Part shown: piece after piece, positions 26,460 to 34,166 of the stretch
How the letters are laid out: each line of letters starts with the position of its first letter
Position numbering within the stretch: the first letter of the stretch is position 1
Origin: an uncultured Bacteroidales bacterium
Lineage (GTDB): Bacteria; Bacteroidota; Bacteroidia; Bacteroidales; VadinHA17
Assembly: GCA_963696535.1 (NCBI GenBank)
Contig: CAVOKP010000006.1
Location: forward strand, 30,812 to 94,811
Length of the DNA: 64,000 bases
Reading direction: 5' to 3'
Translations under genes and position numbers: made by a program
The notes under the pieces: model-generated
What the model saw: only the letters and a program-made list of their open reading frames with translations
What the model was told of the DNA's origin: nothing
Database searches by the model: none

Positions 26460-27488
26460 ATGGTGCAGCGTGTTGCAGTCATATCACTGATGGTCCTTCT
26501 CTCCTCAGCAGGCAATTCCCAGACCGGAGGGGATAATGTTTACGAGTTTCTGAACCTTACCCATTCAGGGCTGATATCTTCCCTGGGGGGTTCAAATGTG
26601 TCGCTTACCGGAAGGAACCTGAATATGGCCTGGAACAATCCCGCCCTTCTGGACTCAGATATGGACGGAAGCCTGGCATTAAACTTTACTAATTACTTTG
26701 CAGGAATCAACTACGGCCTTGCAATGTATTCAAGGTCGCTGAAGGGATCAGGAAATATTGCCGGGGGTATAGCCTATCTTAATTACGGATCCTTTACGGA
26801 AGCAGATGAGTCGGGAAATATTACGGGCTCGTTCAGCGCCTCGGAGGCGGCTCTTTCAGTGATCTGGTCGCAGGAGCTTGATTCAATGTTCACGGCCGGA
26901 ATCAATTTCAAGCCTGTTGTTTCGCATCTTGACAAATATACCTCCCTGGGATTTGCCTTTGATCTGGGAGCCTCATGGCATGACCGGAAGAACCTTCTCT
27001 CTGCAGGCCTTACCATCAGGAACATTGGTTATCAGGTCACAAGGTATGCCGGTGAAGAGAGAGGAAATCTGCCCCTTGAAGTGATTGCAGGTTTCTCCGC
27101 CAGGCTCAGTCATGCGCCATTAAGATTCTCGGTTACACTAAGGCACCTTGAAAAATTTGACCTTACACACGAATATTCAGAATCAGGGGAAAATCAAATC
27201 CGGCCGGCATCGGAATTGTTTGAGAATATATTACGGCATGCTATTGCCGGAATCGAACTGGTACCGCACAACAACTTCTATTTGAGCATGGGATACAACC
27301 ATCAGAGAAGAAGCGAACTACAGACTGATTCAAGAGTTGACGGAACAGGATTCTCCTGGGGTTTCGGCATCAATGCCTCCCTGATAAGCATTGAATTCGG
27401 CAGGGCGTCCTATCATCTGGCAGGTTCATCAAATCATGTTTCAGTGATAATGAAGCCCGGTCTTTTGTATAAAAGGTTCCATAACTGA
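26460..27488 (+). CDS. porQ: Type IX secretion system outer-membrane protein PorQ
   Basis: 342 aa with a signal peptide and an N-terminal GGDNVYEFLNL..SGLISSLGG pattern typical of the PorQ family. It shows the conserved neighbourhood with cmk. Confidence 0.6.
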   Translation: MVQRVAVISLMVLLSSAGNSQTGGDNVYEFLNLTHSGLISSLGGSNVSLTGRNLNMAWNNPALLDSDMDGSLALNFTNYFAGINYGLAMYSRSLKGSGNIAGGIAYLNYGSFTEADESGNITGSFSASEAALSVIWSQELDSMFTAGINFKPVVSHLDKYTSLGFAFDLGASWHDRKNLLSAGLTIRNIGYQVTRYAGEERGNLPLEVIAGFSARLSHAPLRFSVTLRHLEKFDLTHEYSESGENQIRPASELFENILRHAIAGIELVPHNNFYLSMGYNHQRRSELQTDSRVDGTGFSWGFGINASLISIEFGRASYHLAGSSNHVSVIMKPGLLYKRFHN

Positions 27489-27545
27489 AAATACCTTGCA
27501 TTTAAATTCATAATTTTTAACCTTTGTGAAGTACTTAATATAATC

Positions 27546-27770
27546 AAAAGAATCCACCCCCTAGAAGGGGCATTCCCATGGCTCCCCTCCTGGGAGGGGC
27601 TGGGGGTGGGTTTCTTCAAGGCTCACCTCCCGGGCTGGTGGTGGGTTAAAACGGGCACGGATTACAAATCCGCGCCAGCGTGAAATCAACCCCCCAACCC
27701 CCCAATTGGGGGGCTTTGAAGGGGAGAAAGTTCTCAAAGTTCCCCAAATGGGGGATTTAGGGGGTTGAAA
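27546..27770. repeat. Mosaic of at least five short G/C-rich hairpin modules
   Basis: The modules are CCCCTAGAAGGGG, CTCCCCTCCTGGGAGGGGCTGGGGGTGGGTTT (copy of 11473-), GGCACGGATTACAAATCCGCGCCAGCG at 27654-27680 (copy of the 8063- unit), CCCCCCAATTGGGGGG, and CCCCAAATGGGGGATTTAGGGGG (related to 20890-). Confidence 0.8.
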
Positions 27771-27799
27771 AGTGGAAAGGGGATTTAAAGGCAAAAATT

Positions 27800-28495
27800 A
27801 TGGCCAAAAAACTAATAATAGCAATCGACGGTTATTCCTCATGCGGAAAGAGCACTTTTGCCAGGGCAATAGCTTCGGAGCTCAACTATATTTATATCGA
27901 CAGCGGAGCAATGTACCGTGCAGTAACCCTCTACTGTCAGAGGAAAGGATATATCAGCAAAGAAGGCCTTAAAATCAATGGAATCCTTGCCGACATCAAG
28001 GATATTCATATTTGTTTTGTATATAATTCCGATATCGGCGAATATGAAACATTCCTGAATTCGGAGAATGTTGAGAGGGAAATAAGAGGCTTTGAAGTGT
28101 CCTCCCATGTAAGCCGGATCAGCCAGATACCGGAGGTGCGTTCACGGATGGTCGAGCTTCAGAGGCAGATAGGTGTTTTCAAGGGTATAGTAATGGATGG
28201 CAGGGATATCGGTACCGTAGTCTTTCCGGATGCCGACCTCAAGATCTTCATGACCGCAGCAGTTGACATAAGGGCAAAGAGGAGGTTTGATGAGCTTATC
28301 CACAAAAACATTGAGGTTGACTTTGAAGAAATCAGAAGGAATATTATTGCCAGGGATATAGCTGATGAGAACAGGGATATCAGTCCGCTGAGAAGAGCGG
28401 ATGATTCCATAGTGCTGGACAACAGCAGGATGACTGTTGCAAGTCAGATGGAATGGGTGATGGAGATAATCAGGAAAAAGCTAAATGAAGGTTGA
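27800..28495 (+). CDS. cmk: Cytidylate kinase
   Basis: 231 aa with P-loop IAIDGYSSCGKST and the IDSGAMYRAVT motif. Confidence 0.9.
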   Translation: MAKKLIIAIDGYSSCGKSTFARAIASELNYIYIDSGAMYRAVTLYCQRKGYISKEGLKINGILADIKDIHICFVYNSDIGEYETFLNSENVEREIRGFEVSSHVSRISQIPEVRSRMVELQRQIGVFKGIVMDGRDIGTVVFPDADLKIFMTAAVDIRAKRRFDELIHKNIEVDFEEIRRNIIARDIADENRDISPLRRADDSIVLDNSRMTVASQMEWVMEIIRKKLNEG

Positions 28496-29360
28496 AATTG
28501 ACAGGAAATCGGGATTCTGTTTTGGTGTAAGAAATGCCGTTGAGATAGCTGAAGAAGCCCTCCTGCGGGGAGAAAAGGTATTCTCCCTTGGCCCTATTGT
28601 CCATAACGACAAGGAGGTTGAACGGCTTGAATCACTTGGGCTTGTATCTATTAACCAGCAACAGTTCAGTGATCTGAAAAATTCCAAAGTGCTTATCCGT
28701 GCCCATGGGGAACCTCCGGAAACGTACAGAATAGCGAATGAAAACAATATCACTATCATTGAAGCTACATGCCCCATTGTAAAAAAACTCCAGCTAAAGA
28801 TGAGCGGGACCTGGAAAAGGATCGGTAAGGATAACGGTCAGATAGTGCTCTTCGGCAAACCAGGCCATGCAGAGGTTGTCGGCCTGCTTGGGCAGACTGG
28901 CAACGAGGGTATCCTGATATCTGGGCCAGCCGACATTGATAAAATTGATTTTGCACGTCCGGTAGCCCTGTTTTCGCAGACAACAATGGAGATCAACGAA
29001 TTCAATCATGTCAAAGAGTTGATATATAATAAGATGAAAGATCATGGGATTCTTGATCCTGATCATTATCTGGAGGTAAACAATACGGTTTGCGGGCAGG
29101 TCTCAAACAGGGAACCAAATCTCAGGTCATTTGCCCGTGAGCATGATACAATTATTTTTGTAAGCGGCAAGGAGAGTTCGAACGGAAAGATGCTCTTCTC
29201 GGTATGCAAAAGCGAAAATCCCGACACCCATTTTGTCTCATCACTCGAGGAGATAGATAAATCGTGGTTTGAAGGGAAGAGATCGGCAGGGATCTGCGGA
29301 GCTACATCCACCCCCAAATGGCTTATCGAGGAGATCAGGGATTTTGTTTCAACCATCTGA
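28485..29360 (+). CDS. ispH: 4-hydroxy-3-methylbut-2-enyl diphosphate reductase
   Basis: 291 aa. Contains GFCFGVRNAV, IVHN and ATCP, consistent with the three cluster-binding Cys contexts of IspH/LytB. Confidence 0.9.
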   Translation: MKVEIDRKSGFCFGVRNAVEIAEEALLRGEKVFSLGPIVHNDKEVERLESLGLVSINQQQFSDLKNSKVLIRAHGEPPETYRIANENNITIIEATCPIVKKLQLKMSGTWKRIGKDNGQIVLFGKPGHAEVVGLLGQTGNEGILISGPADIDKIDFARPVALFSQTTMEINEFNHVKELIYNKMKDHGILDPDHYLEVNNTVCGQVSNREPNLRSFAREHDTIIFVSGKESSNGKMLFSVCKSENPDTHFVSSLEEIDKSWFEGKRSAGICGATSTPKWLIEEIRDFVSTI

Positions 29361-29412
29361 TTAAATATATAATAAGTACTTTATCTTGTGGTACAGTCCG
29401 ATTAAAGGTAGA

Positions 29413-29560
29413 AGATTCTTCGCTTCGCTCAGAATGACAAATGTTAATTGAGTTAGAGGGCTGAGGGGGTGAGGTTGGAGGCTGCGCCTCCAACCTCACC
29501 CCCTTTAATAAAACACAAGTATCTGTCATTCTGAGCAAAACGAAGTAAAGCGAAGAATCT
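29413..29560. repeat. Nested-palindrome element, copy B (inverted relative to copy A)
   Basis: Outer arms are agattcttcgcttcgctcagaatgaca and tgtcattctgagcaaaacgaagtaaagcgaagaatct. The inner hairpin at 29465-29503 is gggggtgaggttggaggc-tgc-gcctccaacctcaccccc. Confidence 0.9.
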
Positions 29561-29633
29561 CATGATAATTATAAATATTATCCGTTTAGGAGTGCTTACT
29601 TTATGTGTTTTTTAACTATTTTGTGAATACGTA

Positions 29634-30752
29634 ATGTCAAAATCAAAAGTATTTTTTACGAACCTCCGGACCAGGCCGTCGGTAAATCTTCTGAAAAAGC
29701 TTGAAAACCTCATCATTAAAGCCGGGATTGAAAGCATAGATTTCAGGAAGAAGCTGGTTGCCGTAAAGGTCCATTTCGGAGAGCCCGGGAATCTTGCATA
29801 CATAAGGCCAAATTACGCCGCCCGGGTAATAACATTTCTGAAATCAAAAGAGGCCGTGCCATTTCTTACCGACTGCAACACACTTTACTGGGGAAGGCGG
29901 GCAAATGCGCCTTCACATATCGATGCCGCCTTTGAAAACGGATTCAATCCTCTTGTCACCGGTTGTCCTGTAATTATTGCCGATGGAATAAGGGGGACCG
30001 AATTCAGGGAGGTCGAGGTTGATCTTGAACTATGCAAATCAGCAAAAATCGGTTCGGCAATTGCTGATGCCGACGTACTGATAACACTGAATCATTTTAA
30101 GGGACATGAGCTTACAGGTTTCGGGGGAGTACTGAAAAATCTCGGTATGGGTTGTGCCTCGGTAGGAGGAAAATTGTTCCTGCACTCGGGCTCTTCGCCC
30201 CAGATCCATGAGAAAAACTGCACAGGGTGCCGGGTATGTGAAAAGTACTGTTCCCACGATGCAATAAAGGTTGGAAAAGACAAAATTGCCCATATAAATT
30301 ACGAAAAATGCGTAGGCTGCGGGCAATGTGTAGCTGTATGCCAGTATGATGCCGCAAGGGTCGTATGGAAGAGTTCATCTGAAGATGCATGCAAAAGAAT
30401 AACGGAATATGCTTTCGCGGCAGTAACGGGTAAACCCTCCTTTCACATCAGCTTTATAATGGATGTGTCGCCTGATTGCGACTGCTGGGATTCAAATGAT
30501 TATCCGATGGTTCCCGATATTGGAATCGCTGCCTCTTTTGATCCGGTAGCTCTCGATCAGGCATGTGCAGATTTGGTAAAAGAAGCCCCTGCTCTTCCCG
30601 GAAGCAAGATACTGAAACCCGGAAGCGAAACTGATTTGCAGGGAGAAGACAAATTCAACCGCGCACACCCCGATACATACTGGCAGGCAGGTGTTGAACA
30701 CGGTGTTAGAATTGGTCTTGGAAACAGTGAATATGAACTTATTACTATCTAG
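29634..30752 (+). CDS. DUF362 domain protein with 2x[4Fe-4S] ferredoxin insert
   Basis: 372 aa with CTGCRVCEKYC and CVGCGQCVAVC motifs. The N-terminus (KVFFTNLR...AVKVHFGE) is typical of DUF362. Confidence 0.7.
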   Translation: MSKSKVFFTNLRTRPSVNLLKKLENLIIKAGIESIDFRKKLVAVKVHFGEPGNLAYIRPNYAARVITFLKSKEAVPFLTDCNTLYWGRRANAPSHIDAAFENGFNPLVTGCPVIIADGIRGTEFREVEVDLELCKSAKIGSAIADADVLITLNHFKGHELTGFGGVLKNLGMGCASVGGKLFLHSGSSPQIHEKNCTGCRVCEKYCSHDAIKVGKDKIAHINYEKCVGCGQCVAVCQYDAARVVWKSSSEDACKRITEYAFAAVTGKPSFHISFIMDVSPDCDCWDSNDYPMVPDIGIAASFDPVALDQACADLVKEAPALPGSKILKPGSETDLQGEDKFNRAHPDTYWQAGVEHGVRIGLGNSEYELITI

Positions 30753-30755
30753 ATT

Positions 30756-30820
30756 ATTGCGGATTGCGGATTGCGGATTGCGGATTAAAAATCCGAAATC
30801 CCAAATCCGAAATTCGAAAT
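30756..30820. repeat. Periodic-arm hairpin (ATTGCGG)n / (AATCCGA)n
   Basis: attgcggattgcggattgcggattgcggatt-aaaa-atccgaaatcccaaatccgaaattcgaaat. Confidence 0.85.
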
Positions 30821-30834
30821 TTTCATACTATAAA

Positions 30835-31683
30835 ATGAATGCAAAAACAAGTATAGCACGACTTTCAGTTGCTTCCAACTCCCTGCTGATTGTGATGAAA
30901 GTTGTTGTCGGCGTAATGAGCGGCTCAGTTAGCATAATTTCAGAGGCCATACACTCCTCCATGGATCTTGTGGCTGCTCTCATTGCTTTCTTTGCAGTCA
31001 GGGTTTCGGATACTCCCCCCGACCTGAAACATCCTTACGGGCACGGGAAAGTAGAGAATATCTCGGGTGTTATTGAGGGGGTGCTGATACTGGCTGCAGC
31101 TGCAATGATAATTGTTGAAGCGGTTAAAAAGCTTATCGGTGAACCTTACGAGCTTGAATCAATCTGGATTGGTTCGCTGGTAATGCTGGTTTCTGCAATT
31201 ATAAATATTATTGTTTCAAGGAAACTTTATAAAGTGGCCCGTGAAACTAACTCAGTGGCCCTGGAAGCAGATGCACTGCATCTAAAGACTGATGTTTATA
31301 CATCGCTGGGTGTGGCAATCGGACTTGGACTTATAATGCTTACGGGTATTAAATGGCTGGATCCGGCGGTAGCTATTCTGGTAGCTCTGTTTATAATAAA
31401 AGAATCCTATAATCTTATCAGCAGGGCATTTTCGCCTTTGCTTGATACGGCCTGGGGCGATGCGGATATAAAGGACCTTGAGAGAAGGCTTAACAATATG
31501 GAAGTGAGCTATCATGACCTCAGAACACGAATTGCAGGCAATTACAGGTTTGTTGATATCCATGTCGAGATCCCTGAAAATGAATCTGTCGGGGATGCAC
31601 ACAATTATTGTGACAAGATTGAAGATGCGCTTAAGGATGCATACAGCAATCTTACAGTAACAATACATGTTGAGCCCCGCTGA
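30835..31683 (+). CDS. Cation diffusion facilitator (CDF) family metal efflux transporter
   Basis: The track ORF starts at 30691 but its first 48 codons translate the heptamer repeat. The realistic start is MNAKTSIARLSVASN at 30835. Contains EAIHSSMDL and HLKTDV TM motifs and a C-terminal cytoplasmic domain. Confidence 0.8.
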   Translation: MNAKTSIARLSVASNSLLIVMKVVVGVMSGSVSIISEAIHSSMDLVAALIAFFAVRVSDTPPDLKHPYGHGKVENISGVIEGVLILAAAAMIIVEAVKKLIGEPYELESIWIGSLVMLVSAIINIIVSRKLYKVARETNSVALEADALHLKTDVYTSLGVAIGLGLIMLTGIKWLDPAVAILVALFIIKESYNLISRAFSPLLDTAWGDADIKDLERRLNNMEVSYHDLRTRIAGNYRFVDIHVEIPENESVGDAHNYCDKIEDALKDAYSNLTVTIHVEPR

Positions 31684-31715
31684 TAAAATTTCTGATCCGG
31701 AAAGTTTTAATCAAA

Positions 31716-33971
31716 CTATTCTTTCGAGTATTTCAATCTCAGGCTGTTGCTTACAACGCTGATACTGCTCATAGCCATTGCTGCTCCGGCGATCATGGGA
31801 TTAAGGAGAAATCCGTTGATAGGATAAAGGATCCCTGCCGCAAGCGGGATGCCGATAATATTATAGATAAAGGCCCAGAAAAGATTCTGCCTGATTGTCC
31901 TTACCGTATTCCGGCTCAATCGTATGGCAGAAGGGATTACAGAAAGGTCGTTGCCGATGATTGTCATCTTTGCGGCATCAATTGCAATATCCGAACCTTT
32001 ACCCATCGCGATGCTTATATCCGCTGTGGCAAGCGCCTGGCTGTCGTTGATTCCGTCGCCGGCCATACCCACGGTCTTCCCCTGGCCCTGAAGCTGTTTC
32101 ACAAAGTCCGCCTTTTCTGCCGGCATCATTCCTGCCCTGAAAGAGGCAATGCCGCATTTACGGGCCACCGCTTCTGCCGTTTTCTGGTTGTCTCCCGTAA
32201 CCAGGTGAACGTCAATTCCCATTTTGCCAAATTGACGTACCGCTTCTGAGGAACTTTCCCTTATTTTGTCCGAGACAGACATTACCGCAAGGGCATTTTC
32301 ACTGTCAGAAAACCAGATCACAGTCCCTGCATTTTCTTCCTCCCTTTCACCAAACTCCTTAAGCCGCGATTCTAAGGCAATTCCCTTTTCATTCATTAGC
32401 CTGAGACCCCCTGCATAATACTGCGTTCCATCATGCATCCCCGCAATTCCTCTTCCTGTCAGACTTTCCACACCTGTAACAGGAACAGCAGAAGCTTTTT
32501 CACTCAGATTCCTTACAACAGCTTCAGCCAAAGGATGTTCAGATATTTTTTCAAGGCTGAAAAGAATGTCAGTACCCCTCTTTTTATCATCTTCGGATCT
32601 CCATTCGATCCTTTCGAGCGATGGTTTTCCTTCGGTAATTGTACCGGTTTTATCAAGGACAATAGCATTCATTTTATGTGCAATCTCCAGCGCCTCGGCA
32701 TCCCTTATCAGAATATTGTTTTCTGCTCCCTTTCCGATCCCCACCATTATGGCAGTCGGTGTCGCAAGTCCCAGTGCACAGGGACATGCTATCACCAGGA
32801 CAGTGATCATTGAAAGAAGTCCCCTGACAAATCCGTTTTCGCCACCGGCAAGCCACCATATTACCAATGTTATTAATGAAATGCCCACAACTACAGGAAC
32901 GAATATTCCTGCAACCTTATCGACAAGCTTCTGGACCGGAGCCTTGCTTCCCTGGGCCTCCTGAACCATACTGATAATACTGCTTAGCAAGGTTTCGGTT
33001 CCAACCTTTTCCGTGGCAAACTGAAAGCTACCCTTCTGATTTACCGTACCAGCAAAGACTTCAGAACCATTCTCCTTAAGAACCGGCACCGGCTCTCCGG
33101 TGATCATGCTCTCGTCGACATAGCTGCTTCCCGAGGTGACTTTACCGTCAACAGGTATCTGTTCACCCGGTCTAACAAGAATTATGTCGCCCCGGTTCAC
33201 TTTTGAGATAAGGAATTCCCTTGTCTCCCCGCTTGCAAGGACTTTAAAGACGGTTTTCGGCTGAAGGCCGATGAGTTTCTTTATAGCTGATGATGTGTTT
33301 GACTTGGCTCCCTCCTCGAGAAACCTTCCAAGAAGCACCAGTGCTATTACAACACCCGATGCCTCGAACCAGACATGGGCATGAAGCCCCCTGGTGTGCC
33401 AGAACGCCGGAAAAAGAGTATTGAAAACGCTGAAGATATATGCAATTCCCGTGCTGAGCGATACGAGCGTGTCCATGGTGGTGCTGCCATGCCTGATCTG
33501 TTTCCAGGCATTGATAAAAAATGATCGTCCTGACCAGAAGAGAATCGGTGTTGCAAGGAACCACATTATATAATTCGCATACGGGATATTCATGAATACC
33601 ATGCTTACAAGCAGAAGCGGGATTGCAAGGGTAATTGCCAGGATTGTACGGTTCTTCAGGGACCTGTGCCTTTCCTGTTTCAGGTTTTCAAGTTCTTCGC
33701 GGGAATTCTCCGATTCATCAATAATCAGGTCATATCCGGAAGATGTTACAGCTTCTTTCAGATCCTGAGGTTTAACAATCGAAGGATCGAATTCCAGCGT
33801 TGCTATTTGTGATGCCAGGTTGACTGAGGCTTTCAGAACCCCCGGCTGCCTGCTTAGAGTGGATTCAATATTGGCTGCACACGAGGCACATGACATTCCC
33901 GTGACAGGAAATTGCTTAATGGCTATTTTACTTTCAGAATCCTGGTTCTTCCGTTTCAAATCTGGTTCCAT
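31716..33971 (-). CDS. copA: Copper-translocating P1B-type ATPase
   Basis: 751 aa with an HMA domain ([12 protein letters not shown]), TM CPC motif ([11 protein letters not shown]), DKTGTIT, SEHPL and GDGINDS. Confidence 0.9.
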   Translation of the reverse strand: MEPDLKRKNQDSESKIAIKQFPVTGMSCASCAANIESTLSRQPGVLKASVNLASQIATLEFDPSIVKPQDLKEAVTSSGYDLIIDESENSREELENLKQERHRSLKNRTILAITLAIPLLLVSMVFMNIPYANYIMWFLATPILFWSGRSFFINAWKQIRHGSTTMDTLVSLSTGIAYIFSVFNTLFPAFWHTRGLHAHVWFEASGVVIALVLLGRFLEEGAKSNTSSAIKKLIGLQPKTVFKVLASGETREFLISKVNRGDIILVRPGEQIPVDGKVTSGSSYVDESMITGEPVPVLKENGSEVFAGTVNQKGSFQFATEKVGTETLLSSIISMVQEAQGSKAPVQKLVDKVAGIFVPVVVGISLITLVIWWLAGGENGFVRGLLSMITVLVIACPCALGLATPTAIMVGIGKGAENNILIRDAEALEIAHKMNAIVLDKTGTITEGKPSLERIEWRSEDDKKRGTDILFSLEKISEHPLAEAVVRNLSEKASAVPVTGVESLTGRGIAGMHDGTQYYAGGLRLMNEKGIALESRLKEFGEREEENAGTVIWFSDSENALAVMSVSDKIRESSSEAVRQFGKMGIDVHLVTGDNQKTAEAVARKCGIASFRAGMMPAEKADFVKQLQGQGKTVGMAGDGINDSQALATADISIAMGKGSDIAIDAAKMTIIGNDLSVIPSAIRLSRNTVRTIRQNLFWAFIYNIIGIPLAAGILYPINGFLLNPMIAGAAMAMSSISVVSNSLRLKYSKE

Positions 33972-34069
33972 CGCTCAAGTTAAATTCGGTATTAATAATC
34001 CATTGTACATTGGAACAATGACGGGATGATAAAGTTTAACCGCGGATATATTATTTCTTTGTTTTACCT

Positions 34070-34135
34070 GGTGCCTTTGCGTCTTAGTGGCAAAAAAAAT
34101 GCCGCAAAGGCGCAAAGACACAAAGATTCACTAAG
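34070..34135. repeat. Hairpin module GGTGCCTTTGCG...CGCAAAGGCGC family, copy 1
   Basis: ggtgcctttgcgtcttagtggcaaaaaaaatgccgcaaaggcgcaaagacacaaagattcactaag. It is the inverted relative of 39644-39702. Similar ~26-nt direct repeats flank it at about 34031-34056 and 34147-34172. Confidence 0.8.
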
Positions 34136-34166
34136 TCAATACATTAAAACTTCAACCGCGCATATA

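Noticed and set aside
27434-29538. Small ORFs 27434..27619, 27561..27794 and 29335..29538 (peptides such as HSERSEESS and PTPSPSQEGS)
   Set aside because: They lie entirely within the palindromic repeat modules and on arbitrary strands. These are typical repeat-translation artefacts.
30691-30834. N-terminal 48-codon extension of the CDF transporter ORF, and similar extensions at 48139-48168 and 55714-55785
   Set aside because: The extensions translate a heptamer repeat, a promoter box and the end of the preceding gene, respectively. Sensible signal or TM N-termini begin at the internal ATGs.
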